Translations under genes and position numbers: made by a program
Part shown: positions 1 through 10,180 of the stretch, in pieces
How the letters are laid out: each line of letters opens with the position of its first letter
How positions within the stretch are numbered: position 1 is the stretch's first letter
Assembly (NCBI GenBank): GCA_035760625.1
Contig: DASTSP010000042.1
Location: 1 to 43,795, forward strand
Source of the DNA: Minisyncoccota bacterium
GTDB taxonomy: Bacteria; Patescibacteriota; Minisyncoccia; Phycocordibacterales; UBA918
Direction: 5' to 3'
Length of the DNA: 43,795 bases
The notes under the pieces: model-generated
Databases searched by the model: none
Seen by the model: only the letters and a program-made list of their open reading frames with translations
Told to the model about the DNA's origin: nothing

Positions 1-75
1 GTCGAAGAGGGTCCTGCCCGCGAGCTCGTCCGCCGGACCGATTGAGATGGACACGAGGCGCGCCCCTAGTATATT

Positions 76-1761
76 GTGATGCGTATGGAAGGAGAGATAC
101 GAGAGCTCATCGACGCCGCGCTTGCCGCGAAGGGTCTCGACGCCGTCGCCGTTACCGTCGAGCACCCGGCCGATGAGTCGCACGGCGACTACGCGACGAA
201 CGCGGCGCTCGTCGCCGCGAAGCGACTGGGCGCGAATCCTCGCGCGCTCGCGGAAGACCTCGTGGCCCAGATGGCGGGGAAGTCGCCGAACATTGAATCC
301 ATCGAGGTCGCAGGACCCGGGTTCATCAATTTTCACATTGCACGGAGCTTCTTCGCGGAAGCCGTCGCGAACGCACGTGCGAAGGGGGACGCGTACGGAA
401 CGAACGATACGCGAAAGGGCCAGGAGATACTCTTCGAGTACACGAGTCCGAACCTATGGAAGCCGCTCCATGTCGGGAATCTGGTCGGAAATATAGTCGG
501 TGAGTCCGTCTCGCGGCTCTTCGAAGCGGAGGGTGCGACGCTCCGTCGCATAAATTACCCGTCGGACATCGGCCTAACCGTCGCGAAGGGCGTCTGGGGC
601 CTTAAGAAGACGGGCGGCGACCCCGAAGATATCAACGCCATTGGCGAGGCGTACCGGGTTGGAAACGAGGCGTATGAAACCGACGAGACCGCGAAGACGG
701 AGATCGAGGCGGTGAACCGCGCGCTCTACGCGGGCGACGACGAAGGACTAAAAGCGCTTCGCGAGAGGGGGCTTCGGACGTCGCACCGCCACCTTATGGA
801 GCTTTGCCGCATGCTCGGGACGTCGTTCGACCTCGAGATACGCGAGAGCGAGGTGAGCGATATCGGCACGGAGCTCGTTCGGACGCATACGGGCGACGTG
901 TTCGTGGAGAGCAACGGCGCGGTCGTCTTCCCGGGTGAGCAATATGGACTCCATACGCGCGTCTTCCTCAACTCGCAAGGTCTCCCGACGTACGAAGCGA
1001 AGGACCTCGGTAACTTCGCGCGGAAGGAACGTGCGTACCCCCATTGGACGCACTCGTATATCGTGACGGGCGGGGAACAGCGCGAGTATTTCATGGTTCT
1101 CTTCGAGGCGATGCGAAGGGTGTTCCCGGACACTGCCGATAAGATCCTCGCGCACATCCCCACGGGATTTCTCACGCTCACGACCGGGAAGATGTCCTCG
1201 CGGAAGGGAAACGTCCTCACCGCGGAGTCGCTTCTTGCGAGCCTTATGGAGGAGGTAGAGAAGCGAGCGACGGAGAGCCGCGCGGAGAACCTTGCCTCGC
1301 TCGTCGAAGAGGTCGCTGTCGGCGCGCTCAAGTATCAGATACTCCGCCAGGCCGCAGGGCAGGACATCGTCTTCGATAAAGAGCGCGCGCTCTCGCTTGA
1401 GGGAGACTCCGGCCCGTACCTAATGTACGCGCACGCACGCATGAGCTCCATCGAGGAGAAGGCCGCGGCGGCGGGTATGCACGCGGGAACGGACGCACCA
1501 GAGGTGCCGTACGCTCTCGAGCGCTTTCTCTACCGCTTTCCCGAGGTCGTTCTCCGGGCCGGTCACGAGTGCGCGCCGCACCACCTCGTCGTCTACCTCA
1601 CCGAACTCGCGAGTCGCTTTAACGCCTTTTACGCCGTGGAGAAGATCGTCGATGACGGCGACCCGTATGCCCCCTATAAGCTCTCGCTCACGAAAGCCGC
1701 GCGCGTCGTTCTTCGAAACGGGCTCGCGCTTCTCGGTATCGCGGCTCCGGAGCGAATGTAG
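76..1761 (+). CDS. argS: arginyl-tRNA synthetase
   Basis: 561-aa ORF with class I aaRS blocks (KPLHVGN HIGH-like, GKMSSRKG KMSKS-like) and an ArgRS-type C-terminal anticodon-binding region. Start is ambiguous (GTG 76, ATG 79, ATG 85). ATG 79 lies 7 nt after a TAGTAT -10-like hexamer at 67-72. Confidence 0.93.
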   Translation: MMRMEGEIRELIDAALAAKGLDAVAVTVEHPADESHGDYATNAALVAAKRLGANPRALAEDLVAQMAGKSPNIESIEVAGPGFINFHIARSFFAEAVANARAKGDAYGTNDTRKGQEILFEYTSPNLWKPLHVGNLVGNIVGESVSRLFEAEGATLRRINYPSDIGLTVAKGVWGLKKTGGDPEDINAIGEAYRVGNEAYETDETAKTEIEAVNRALYAGDDEGLKALRERGLRTSHRHLMELCRMLGTSFDLEIRESEVSDIGTELVRTHTGDVFVESNGAVVFPGEQYGLHTRVFLNSQGLPTYEAKDLGNFARKERAYPHWTHSYIVTGGEQREYFMVLFEAMRRVFPDTADKILAHIPTGFLTLTTGKMSSRKGNVLTAESLLASLMEEVEKRATESRAENLASLVEEVAVGALKYQILRQAAGQDIVFDKERALSLEGDSGPYLMYAHARMSSIEEKAAAAGMHAGTDAPEVPYALERFLYRFPEVVLRAGHECAPHHLVVYLTELASRFNAFYAVEKIVDDGDPYAPYKLSLTKAARVVLRNGLALLGIAAPERM

Positions 1762-1800
1762 GTTCACGCTTGCTTCATGGCCTCTCCGGTACGATAGGGC

Positions 1801-1830
1801 GGAAGGGAGACAGACTGTCTTCCGCTTTAT
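1801..1830 (+). terminator. hairpin plus T-rich tail downstream of argS
   Basis: GGAAGGGAGACAG / CTGTCTTCC imperfect stem followed by GCTTTATAAATT. Weaker than the other terminators in the window. Confidence 0.4.
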
Positions 1831-2063
1831 AAATTAACGTGCGGCTATGGACAACAGCAAGGATGACAAGAAGAACGACCGCCAGCATGGGAACCGCTAA
1901 GCGGTAGGCGGAGAATCGAACATCGAAACGTCGATAAGAGCACGCAAGAACGGCGAACCCATCGCCGTTTTTGTGTTTCTTCGCGGATGGCGCGCGGTTC
2001 ACGTGGATTTCACTCGTATTCCCGTATGCTTCACGGAGTTACTCGCATAATATCGCTAGCACC

Positions 2064-2600
2064 ATGAAACAAGTCGTGCTCGGACTATTCTCCTCGCGCG
2101 CCCGCGCCGAGGAGCTCATTAGACATCTCACGGAATCTCTCGGCGTACGAACCGATGATATCTCATACATCTATCGGAACACGGAAGGCGACGTCGAAGC
2201 CGCTCCGGCGACGGACGCGCACACGCCGGCCTCCGGCGCGGCGACCGGCGCGCTCGTCGGCGGGTCCGTCGGCGCGCTCGCGGGCATCGCGACCGCTATC
2301 GGCGTCATTCCCGTCATCGGACCCATCTTCGCGGCCGGCCCCTTGGTCGCCGCGCTCGGCATCGGTACGGCGAGCGCCGTCGGCACGACGGCCGTGGGAG
2401 CGGCGACCGGCGCCGTCGCCGGCGGCGTGATAGGCGCCCTCGTCAATCTCGGGGCACCCGACGTCGAGGCGAAGGAGTACGAGAATCGCATCCTCGCGGG
2501 CGACGTCCTCGTCGCCGTCACGACCGATGAGGTACCGCCGGTCCATACCGCGTTCACGACGTATGGCGCGACGGACCTCCGGACCTACGGCGCGAAGTGA
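2064..2600 (+). CDS. YflT / general-stress-protein-17M-like protein with Gly/Ala-rich central segment
   Basis: ORF track 1971..2600 trimmed to ATG 2064 (MKQVVLGLFSS...). N- and C-terminal parts resemble the GSP17M/YflT fold (VVLGLF...A...L, ...YENRILAGDVLVAV) and the centre is a G/A/V-rich hydrophobic stretch. Confidence 0.6.
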   Translation: MKQVVLGLFSSRARAEELIRHLTESLGVRTDDISYIYRNTEGDVEAAPATDAHTPASGAATGALVGGSVGALAGIATAIGVIPVIGPIFAAGPLVAALGIGTASAVGTTAVGAATGAVAGGVIGALVNLGAPDVEAKEYENRILAGDVLVAVTTDEVPPVHTAFTTYGATDLRTYGAK

Positions 2601-2630
2601 AAAACGGGCCGCGACCGCGGCCCGTTTTCG
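2601..2630 (+). terminator. rho-independent terminator
   Basis: ACGGGCCGC / GCGGCCCGT stem immediately after the stop codon, followed by TTTT. Confidence 0.8.
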
Positions 2631-2678
2631 TATTCGTGCTATGATAGCCGGGTACGCCTGATATGCGTACGCTTATAT

Positions 2679-5600
2679 ATGTCTGATACACATAGCGCCA
2701 TGGAAAACAATGAAAAGAGCGACGCCGCGCGTCGCGAGGAGGAAGTACTCGCGTTCTGGAAGGAGCGCGACATTTTTCATAAGAGCCTTACGAAGGACGC
2801 GCCGAAAGGCGATTACGTTTTCTACGACGGACCTCCGTTCGCGACGGGTACGCCGCACTACGGGCACATACTCGCGGGCACCATCAAGGACGCGATACCG
2901 CGATTCTTCACGATGCGCGGTTACCGGGTGAAGCGAAAGTGGGGCTGGGACTGCCACGGGCTTCCCCTCGAGAACATCATCGAGAAAAAGCTCGGACTCG
3001 CGACGAAGCGAGACATCGAGGAGCTTGGCGTGAAGAAGTTCAACGAGGCCGCGCGCGAGGCGGTCCTCGAATACGAGGACGACTGGAAGGAGGTCGTGCC
3101 GCGCATGGGACGCTGGGTCGACATGGAGCACGACTACAAGACGATGGACTCGACGTATACGGAGTCCGTATGGTGGGCGTTCTCGGAGCTCGATCGACAA
3201 GGTCTCGTCTACGAGGGTTTCAAATCGATGCATCTTTGCCCACGCTGCGGGACGACGCTTTCCAATTTCGAGGTGAACCAGGGCTACAAGGACATCAAGG
3301 ATATCGCGGTCACCGTCAAACTCCCGCTCCTCGGTACGGATGGAAACGTGACGGATACGTCGCTCCTCGTTTGGACGACGACGCCGTGGACGCTCCCGGG
3401 GAACATGGCCGCGGCGGTCAATTCGGAAATCGAGTACGTGAAGGTCCGCGTTCCGATAGAAGACGGTGACGAGGTCGTCATTCTCGCGAAGGAGCGGCTT
3501 GCGCAGTTGGATACCGACGCGTACGAGGTTCTCGAAACCATGAAAGGGAAGGACCTCGTCGGTCTCCGCTACGAGCCGCCTTTCGACTATTACAAGCACG
3601 AGGAGTTTCAGAATAAGGAGCACGCGTGGAAGGTGTACCACGCGGACTACGTCGAAGTCGGCGAGGAGGGGACAGGTGCCGTCCACCTCGCGCCCGCCTA
3701 CGGCGAGGAGGACCTCGAGCTCGCGAAGCGAGAAGGTATTCCCGTCATCCACCACGTCGGAGAGGATGGCCGTTTCAAGGACGTCATCACCGATTTCAAG
3801 GGGCGCCTCGCGAAGCCGAAGGACGATGACGCGACCGGCGTGACGCATCTCGAAGCGGACATCGAGGTCGTGAAAGCGCTCAAGGAACGGGGTCGTCTCT
3901 TCAGGAAGGAGAACATTACGCACAGTTACCCGCACTGCTGGCGCTGTGATACGCCGCTCCTTAATTTCGCGACGACGTCGTGGTTCGTTCGCGTGTCCGA
4001 GATGCGGGATACCCTCGTCGCCGAGAACGCGAAAATACGCTGGGTTCCCGAGTACGTCGGGCGCGCACGCTTCGGCAATTGGCTCGAAGGAGCGCGCGAT
4101 TGGGCGATCTCGCGTCAGCGTTACTGGGGCGCACCGCTACCCATTTGGAGGAATCCTAAGACGAAGGAACATCGAGTCATCGGTTCTTTGGCCGAACTTC
4201 AGGCACGCGTTCGAAAGAGCGGTAATACGTACGTCATCGCGCGCCATGGCGAATCCGTGTTCAATACGAAGTCGCTCCTAAGCTCGCTCGCAGAGACGGA
4301 GAACCCGCTTAGCGCCACGGGCCGAGAACAGGTGAAGCATGCCGCAAAGGCGCTTCGAGAGCGCGGCATCGACGTCATCTACACGTCTCCGCTCGGTCGT
4401 ACGAGGGAGACGGCGGACATGTTTGCCGAGGCGCTCGGTATGCCGAGGGAGCGCGTCATCGAAGACGAGCGACTCGGTGAGGTTCGCTTCGGCGAGTTCG
4501 AGGGGAAACTGATCGACGAATACCACGCGTACTTCAAGGACGGGCATGAACGCCTCACGAAGAGGCCGGAGGGCGGCGAGTCGTGGACCGAGTTGAAGCG
4601 TCGCATGGGGTCGTTCCTCTACGATATCGACGCGAAGCATACGGGGGAGCGCGTTCTCATCGTCTCGCATAACGGTCCTATTCAGATGCTTCGCGCCGCG
4701 GCGGCGGGAGACGACAGAGCGACGACCGCGAAGCGCATCGACGACAACGCGTACGACGTCGCGAACGCCGAGCTCTCTGATCTCGCGTTCACGCCGATGC
4801 CCCACAACGACGACTTCGAACTCGACTACCACCGACCGTACATCGACGAGATCGACCTCTTCGACCCCGATGGCAGGAAGCTCGAGCGGGTTCGTGACGT
4901 CTTCGACTGCTGGTTCGAGTCCGGCTCGATGCCGTACGGCCAGAATCACTACCCGTTCGAGAACCTCGACGCGTTCGACCCGGGGAAGGGCGCGGGATAT
5001 CCGGCCGAGTTCATCGCCGAGGGGCTCGACCAGACGCGCGGCTGGTTCTATTCGCTCCTCGTCCTCGGGACGGCGCTCTTCAAGCGCGCGCCGTATCGCC
5101 ATGTCATCGTGAACGGGCTCGTCCTCGCCGAGGACGGGAAGAAGATGTCGAAGCGGCTTCAGAACTACCCCGACCCCATGGCGCTCGCCGACCGCGTCGG
5201 CGTCGATGCGATGCGGTTCTACCTACTCTCGTCGCCGGTCGTGCGCGGCGAGGACCTCAATTTCTCCGAGAAGGAGGTTCGCGAGCTCGAGCGGAAGAAC
5301 ATCGGCCGACTCCACAACGTCCTCGCGATGTACGAGATGTACGCCGACGGCACCGCGGCGTCGGACTCCTCGGACAATGTCCTCGACCGATGGATGGTCG
5401 CGCGCCTTCGCGAGGCGACGAAGGAGATGACCGACGGGTACCTCGCGTACGAGCTCGACCGCGCGACGCGCCCCATCGAGGGACTCATTGACGACCTTTC
5501 CGTCTGGTATCTTCGCCGTTCGCGCGAGCGTCTCAAGGGCATCGACGCGAAGGACCGCGCGCGCACTCTCTCGACGCTTCGCTACGCGCTCCGCACCGTC

Positions 5601-6197
5601 GCGCTCCTCATGGCACCGGCGATGCCGTTCTACGCGGAGTACCTCTTCGGGCGCGTGCGAGAGGCGGGGGATAGGGAGAGCGTTCACCTCATGGATTGGC
5701 CCGCTAGCGTGGAGCCCGACGGCCACATCATCGCCGACATGGCCGAGGCGCGGCGCGTCACGTCTCTCGGTCTTGAGGCACGCTCGAAGGCGAACATCAA
5801 GGTGCGCCAACCGCTCGCGCTGCTTCGGGCTCGGGCGAACGCTCGCGTCGAATATCTCGCGGACATCGTGAAGGCGGAACTCAACGTAAAGCGACTTGAG
5901 ATCACGCCAGATCTCCCGGTCGACGTCGAACTCGATACGGAGATAACCTCCGAACTTAGACGCGAAGGCGATGCGCGTGAGCTTATCCGCGCGGTCCAAG
6001 ACGCGCGCAAGGAGGAAGGGCTCGACCCGCGCGATCGCGTGACCCTCTATGTCGACGGCCGCACGCGCGACCTCCTCATGGGCTTCGAGAAGGAGCTCTC
6101 GCACGTCGTCGGCGCCGAGGAGATCGCGGTGGGCGAGACGACGAAGGAGGTGAAGACCGAGGGAGAACCGCTCCGGTTCTCCATCGCGAAGCGATAA
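2679..6197 (+). CDS. ileS: isoleucyl-tRNA synthetase, type-2 (eukaryote-like), with a nested histidine-phosphatase domain
   Basis: 1172-aa continuous ORF with PPFATGTPHYGH (HIGH), CP1 editing-domain blocks (TTTPWTLPGN), ISRQRYWGAPLPIW, DCWFESGSMPY and KMSKRLQNYPDP (KMSKS, type-2 flavour). Confidence 0.95.
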   Translation: MSDTHSAMENNEKSDAARREEEVLAFWKERDIFHKSLTKDAPKGDYVFYDGPPFATGTPHYGHILAGTIKDAIPRFFTMRGYRVKRKWGWDCHGLPLENIIEKKLGLATKRDIEELGVKKFNEAAREAVLEYEDDWKEVVPRMGRWVDMEHDYKTMDSTYTESVWWAFSELDRQGLVYEGFKSMHLCPRCGTTLSNFEVNQGYKDIKDIAVTVKLPLLGTDGNVTDTSLLVWTTTPWTLPGNMAAAVNSEIEYVKVRVPIEDGDEVVILAKERLAQLDTDAYEVLETMKGKDLVGLRYEPPFDYYKHEEFQNKEHAWKVYHADYVEVGEEGTGAVHLAPAYGEEDLELAKREGIPVIHHVGEDGRFKDVITDFKGRLAKPKDDDATGVTHLEADIEVVKALKERGRLFRKENITHSYPHCWRCDTPLLNFATTSWFVRVSEMRDTLVAENAKIRWVPEYVGRARFGNWLEGARDWAISRQRYWGAPLPIWRNPKTKEHRVIGSLAELQARVRKSGNTYVIARHGESVFNTKSLLSSLAETENPLSATGREQVKHAAKALRERGIDVIYTSPLGRTRETADMFAEALGMPRERVIEDERLGEVRFGEFEGKLIDEYHAYFKDGHERLTKRPEGGESWTELKRRMGSFLYDIDAKHTGERVLIVSHNGPIQMLRAAAAGDDRATTAKRIDDNAYDVANAELSDLAFTPMPHNDDFELDYHRPYIDEIDLFDPDGRKLERVRDVFDCWFESGSMPYGQNHYPFENLDAFDPGKGAGYPAEFIAEGLDQTRGWFYSLLVLGTALFKRAPYRHVIVNGLVLAEDGKKMSKRLQNYPDPMALADRVGVDAMRFYLLSSPVVRGEDLNFSEKEVRELERKNIGRLHNVLAMYEMYADGTAASDSSDNVLDRWMVARLREATKEMTDGYLAYELDRATRPIEGLIDDLSVWYLRRSRERLKGIDAKDRARTLSTLRYALRTVALLMAPAMPFYAEYLFGRVREAGDRESVHLMDWPASVEPDGHIIADMAEARRVTSLGLEARSKANIKVRQPLALLRARANARVEYLADIVKAELNVKRLEITPDLPVDVELDTEITSELRREGDARELIRAVQDARKEEGLDPRDRVTLYVDGRTRDLLMGFEKELSHVVGAEEIAVGETTKEVKTEGEPLRFSIAKR
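4221..4817 (+). other. in-frame histidine phosphatase (PGAM-like, His_Phos_1) domain insertion within ileS
   Basis: aa ~515-712 read VIARHGES...SPLGRTRETA...GEFEG...PEGGES...VLIVSHNGPI, the full RHG / R / E / H signature set of branch-1 histidine phosphatases. It is flanked by the IleRS blocks PLPIW and HRPYIDE. Confidence 0.8.
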
Positions 6198-6772
6198 TGG
6201 CCTATAAGACGTACATCACGAACGCGCTCGTTTGCGCCGGGTTCGACAGCCATAGCGCGGACCGCTCGTTCCTTCTTTTTACCCGTGAAGCGGGGATGCT
6301 CTTTGCGAGCGCGAAGGGCGTTCGCAAAGAGATCTCGAAACACCGGTACGCGCTCCAAGAGTGTTCCGAGGCGCGCGTCACGCTCGTTCGCGGAAAGGCC
6401 GGCTGGAGGGTGACGGGCGCGGAGCCGGTGCGTAATTTCTATGCGATGGCGAGGACGCGCGAAGCGCGCGCGCTTCTCAAGAACGCCATTCTCCTCATAC
6501 GGCGAGTCATGCACGGAGAGACGCCGCACGCTGGCGTCTTCGACGATGTCATCGCGTCCTTCGAGCGGATGCATGACCATCGCTATGAGACCCTGGGGAG
6601 CGTGCTCTCGCTCCGCGTTCTCCACGCGCTCGGATACATCGCCCCCTCGCCGGAATATGACCTATTCCTCTCGCCGACGTTCCCGTTCTCCGCGGTCGGT
6701 GACCTCAAGGACGAGACCGCCGAAGCGCTCGAGCGCGCGGTCGAACGCGCGCTCGTCGAGAGCCACCTCTGA
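6197..6772 (+). CDS. recO: probable DNA repair protein RecO (short form)
   Basis: 191-aa ORF whose start overlaps the ileS stop by 1 nt. The N-terminal OB-fold-like pattern and size are consistent with compact RecO. Assignment is by eye only. Confidence 0.5.
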   Translation: MAYKTYITNALVCAGFDSHSADRSFLLFTREAGMLFASAKGVRKEISKHRYALQECSEARVTLVRGKAGWRVTGAEPVRNFYAMARTREARALLKNAILLIRRVMHGETPHAGVFDDVIASFERMHDHRYETLGSVLSLRVLHALGYIAPSPEYDLFLSPTFPFSAVGDLKDETAEALERAVERALVESHL

Positions 6773-6801
6773 CCCGGAGGCCCTGTGTTATACTCGTAGA
6801 T

Positions 6802-8796
6802 ATGTCGAACGAGGAAGCGCGACGAGAACAACCCGAGCCGTCGGACCCGCGTCGAGTCCCCGAGGATCGCATCAAAGAGCTTCGCGAACGTCTCTACGCG
6901 CGTGGCGATGCGCCCACGGACGTACGGCACAAGCTCCCCGAGCGCCCGCATGAGCCGCTCCGCTCGGATATCCAGCCGGCCCGGCCCGCGCCCGAACCTG
7001 AAACGGAGCGAGCGGAAAAGCCTCGGGAAGAGCAGACGGTACCGTATACTAGACCCATGGCCGCAAACAGCATGCGAAGTTCGTTTCGTAAGAAATTCCT
7101 CATATTCGGCTTCCTCTTCTTCGTCATCGCGATCGGGCTTTCCGCCGCGTTCATGTTCCTCGGCACCCATTCGGTCTCGGGCGAGAACATCAGCGTGAAC
7201 GTCACCGGACCGCTTACCGTGAACGGCGGCGGGGAGTACCCCTTCCAGGTATCGATCGCGAACCAGAACACCGTCCCCATCCAGTCCGCGACCCTCATTG
7301 TCGAATATCCCGCGGGGACGCACAGCGCGACCGACCCCAATGCGGAGGTCTCGATCATTCGTCAGCCGCTCGATACGATCGGCTCCGGTGAGATCGTGAA
7401 CATACCGCTTCGCGCGCGTATCTTCGGTGAGGAGAACGACGAAAAAGAGATCAAGGTCTCCGTCGAGTACCGTGTCGAAGGCTCGAACGCGACGTTCGAG
7501 AAGGAAGCGGCGCCGCTCTCGTTCAAGGTCGGCACGTCACCCGTCGTTGTCACCATAGATGGCCTCAAATCCATCTCTTCGGGACAGGAACTCGACTTCA
7601 CCATCACCGTCCAATCGAATTCGCCCGCGCCGCTCTCGAATCTTCTCCTCAAGGCGACGTACCCAGACGGTTTCGATTTCACGTCGTCGAAGCCCGAGAC
7701 GCTCGCGGGCGAGGATACGTGGGGCATCGATACGCTGAAGCCGGGAGAGAAGAAGGTCATCAAGGTGACGGGGCTCATGACGGGCTACGAGGACGAAACG
7801 CGCTCGATCACCGTCGAGGCCGGCGTTCCCGCCGGAGCGGACATCAGCCATATCGCATCGATGCTCGCCTCCGCGACCGCGGACGTGAAGATAGAGAAGT
7901 CGTTCCTCGGCGTCGACCTCTCGGTGAACGGTATGGAGACGGAACCGGTCATCATGAACGCGACCGAGGTCGCGAACGCGCGCGTTACCCTCACGAACTC
8001 CCTTGATACGGCGATCTACGACGGCAAGGTGACCATCGAACTCACGGGGAACGCGCTCGACGAGTTCAACGTGAAGTCGGCGGGCGGATTCTTCGATTCC
8101 TCGAAGAACACCATCACATGGGACAGCGCCGAGTTCGAGAACCTCAAGGAGATATTGCCAGGCGAGGACGTCATCCTCGGATTCACGCTCGAGCCGAAAC
8201 AGAACGTCGGTACCGCGCCGGAGATCCACCTCAAGGTCACGGCGGAGGGCTCGCGCGTCTTCGAGGACCGCGCGCCGGAGAAGCTCTCGGGCATCGCAGA
8301 GCGTACCGTGAAGATCGAGAGCATCTCGTCGGTTGATGCCGCCGCGTACCATGCGACCGGACCGTTCACGAACACTGGTCCTATACCGCCCGTCGCCGAA
8401 GAGGTCACGCAGTACACGCTCACCTTCCGCGTGAAGACCGGCGCGAACGACGTGACCGGCGCGGAGGTGACCGCGGCGCTCCCGCAGTACGTGAGCTGGC
8501 TCGACCTCGTCTCCGAAGGAGCCGACGTCTCGTACAATCCGACGACGCGAACGGTGAAATGGACGCTCGGCAAGGTCGACGCGAACACGACGAAGGAGAC
8601 GTCGATGCAGGTGTCCTTCAAGCCGTCTCTCTCGCAGGTCGGGACGATGCCGACCATTCTCGAAGCCCAGCGCTTCAAGGCGACGGACCGGTTCACCGGT
8701 ACCGTCGTCCGCGCGGAGCATCCGGCCGTCACGACGAGCCTCACGAATGAGCCCGACTCTGCCGCCGAGGATGGCAGGGTTCGCGCGAGCGAGTAG
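6802..8796 (+). CDS. hypothetical membrane-anchored extracytoplasmic protein
   Basis: 664-aa ORF with a charged or disordered N-terminus, one TM helix (FLIFGFLFFVIAIGLSAAFMFLG), then a long beta-rich T/V/E-rich region resembling tandem Ig-like (DUF11/CARDB-type) modules. Confidence 0.7.
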   Translation: MSNEEARREQPEPSDPRRVPEDRIKELRERLYARGDAPTDVRHKLPERPHEPLRSDIQPARPAPEPETERAEKPREEQTVPYTRPMAANSMRSSFRKKFLIFGFLFFVIAIGLSAAFMFLGTHSVSGENISVNVTGPLTVNGGGEYPFQVSIANQNTVPIQSATLIVEYPAGTHSATDPNAEVSIIRQPLDTIGSGEIVNIPLRARIFGEENDEKEIKVSVEYRVEGSNATFEKEAAPLSFKVGTSPVVVTIDGLKSISSGQELDFTITVQSNSPAPLSNLLLKATYPDGFDFTSSKPETLAGEDTWGIDTLKPGEKKVIKVTGLMTGYEDETRSITVEAGVPAGADISHIASMLASATADVKIEKSFLGVDLSVNGMETEPVIMNATEVANARVTLTNSLDTAIYDGKVTIELTGNALDEFNVKSAGGFFDSSKNTITWDSAEFENLKEILPGEDVILGFTLEPKQNVGTAPEIHLKVTAEGSRVFEDRAPEKLSGIAERTVKIESISSVDAAAYHATGPFTNTGPIPPVAEEVTQYTLTFRVKTGANDVTGAEVTAALPQYVSWLDLVSEGADVSYNPTTRTVKWTLGKVDANTTKETSMQVSFKPSLSQVGTMPTILEAQRFKATDRFTGTVVRAEHPAVTTSLTNEPDSAAEDGRVRASE

Positions 8797-8858
8797 CGCA
8801 TTTGCTCGCCGCTCCATATCTCTATATAGTGTAGGAATTACGCGGTAATCCCGTTTCC

Positions 8859-10172
8859 ATGGAACACAGCGCCGAAAAGATGGAGAAGATCGTGTCGCTC
8901 TGTAAGCGGCGTGGGTTCGTGTTCCAAGGCTCCGAGATATACGGCGGCTTCGCGGGGGCGTATGACTACGGGCCCCTCGGCGTCGCTCTCAACAACAACC
9001 TGAAGCGCGAGTGGTGGAAGATGTTCGTCGAATCGCGGGAGGATATGTACGGGCTCGACGCCGCCATTCTCATGAACGAGAAGGTGTGGGAGGCGTCCGG
9101 CCACACCGGCGCGGGCTTCAGCGATCCCTTGGTCGAGTGCGAGAAATGCAAGCGTAGGTTCCGCGCAGATCACCTTGAGAACAAGGAGACGTGTCCGGAG
9201 TGCGGCGGGAAGCTCGGCGAGGAGCGCCAGTTCAATCTCATGTTCGAGACGAAGGTCGGTGCACAGGGCGACGCGAAGTCGTATCTTAGGCCCGAGACCG
9301 CGCAGGGTATCTTCGTCAATTTCAAGAACGTCCTCGACTCGATGAGCCCGAAGCTCCCCTTTGGTATCGCGCAGATAGGGAAGGCGTTTCGAAACGAGAT
9401 CGCGCCCCGCGAATTCCTCTTCCGCGTCCGCGAGTTCGAGCAGGCGGAGATCGAGTACTTCCTCAAACCGGAGGATTGGGAGCGCCTCTTCGAGGCGTGG
9501 CGCGAGGACGTGTGGAAGTGGATCGACCACATCGGCGTCGCGCGCGAGCACGTTCGCGAGCTCGAGGTCGACGCGAACGACCTCGCACACTACTCGAAGC
9601 GCACCGTCGACTTCGAGTACGACTACCCGGGGAAGGGTTTCGCCGAGCTCCTCGGTCTCGCGTACCGCACCGACCATGACCTCCGCTCGCATATGGAGGC
9701 GTCCGGCGAGAAGCTCGAGTATATCGAGCCGGATGGCACGCGGTTCATCCCCCATGTCATCGAGCCCTCCTTCGGGCTCGGTCGCGCGTTCATCGCGGTT
9801 CTCGCGGAAGCGTACACGGAGGACGAGATGAACGGCGAGGTGCGTACGTATCTCAAGCTTCCGACGCACCTCGCGCCGTACCGCGCCGCGGTATCACCGC
9901 TCCTGAAGAACAAACCCGAGCTCGTCACGAAGGCACGCGAGGTCTTTTCCATGCTCAAGCAGGAATTCGGGAACGTCGCGTGGGACGACAACGGCAACAT
10001 CGGAAAGCGCTATAGGCGGCAAGACGAGATCGGTACGCCCGCATGCATCGTCATCGATTTCGAGACCATCGAGGGAGAGACGAAGGATACGGTGACCGTT
10101 CGCGACCGTGACACGGGCGCACAGGTGCGCGTCCCGATCGCAGACCTCGTGTCGCACCTCACGAGCGCGTAA
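8859..10172 (+). CDS. glyQS: glycyl-tRNA synthetase (dimeric class II type)
   Basis: 437-aa ORF with RRGFVFQGSEIYGG, FRNEIAPR and GLGRAF motifs. An alternative start is ATG 8880. Confidence 0.95.
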   Translation: MEHSAEKMEKIVSLCKRRGFVFQGSEIYGGFAGAYDYGPLGVALNNNLKREWWKMFVESREDMYGLDAAILMNEKVWEASGHTGAGFSDPLVECEKCKRRFRADHLENKETCPECGGKLGEERQFNLMFETKVGAQGDAKSYLRPETAQGIFVNFKNVLDSMSPKLPFGIAQIGKAFRNEIAPREFLFRVREFEQAEIEYFLKPEDWERLFEAWREDVWKWIDHIGVAREHVRELEVDANDLAHYSKRTVDFEYDYPGKGFAELLGLAYRTDHDLRSHMEASGEKLEYIEPDGTRFIPHVIEPSFGLGRAFIAVLAEAYTEDEMNGEVRTYLKLPTHLAPYRAAVSPLLKNKPELVTKAREVFSMLKQEFGNVAWDDNGNIGKRYRRQDEIGTPACIVIDFETIEGETKDTVTVRDRDTGAQVRVPIADLVSHLTSA

Positions 10173-10180
10173 ATTTCATT

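Noticed and set aside
1775-2002. 75-aa minus-strand ORF and a 17-codon plus-strand ORF (1847-1900) between argS and the stress-protein gene
   Set aside because: Codon bias is mixed, there is no ribosome-binding site and no motifs, and the region contains two terminator-like hairpins (1801-1822, 1949-1975). A small RNA cannot be excluded, but the evidence is insufficient to call a feature.
2673-3935. 420-aa ORF on the minus strand
   Set aside because: It is entirely antisense to the well-supported ileS gene. The Arg/Leu/Val-rich low-complexity translation is typical of shadow ORFs in high-GC DNA.
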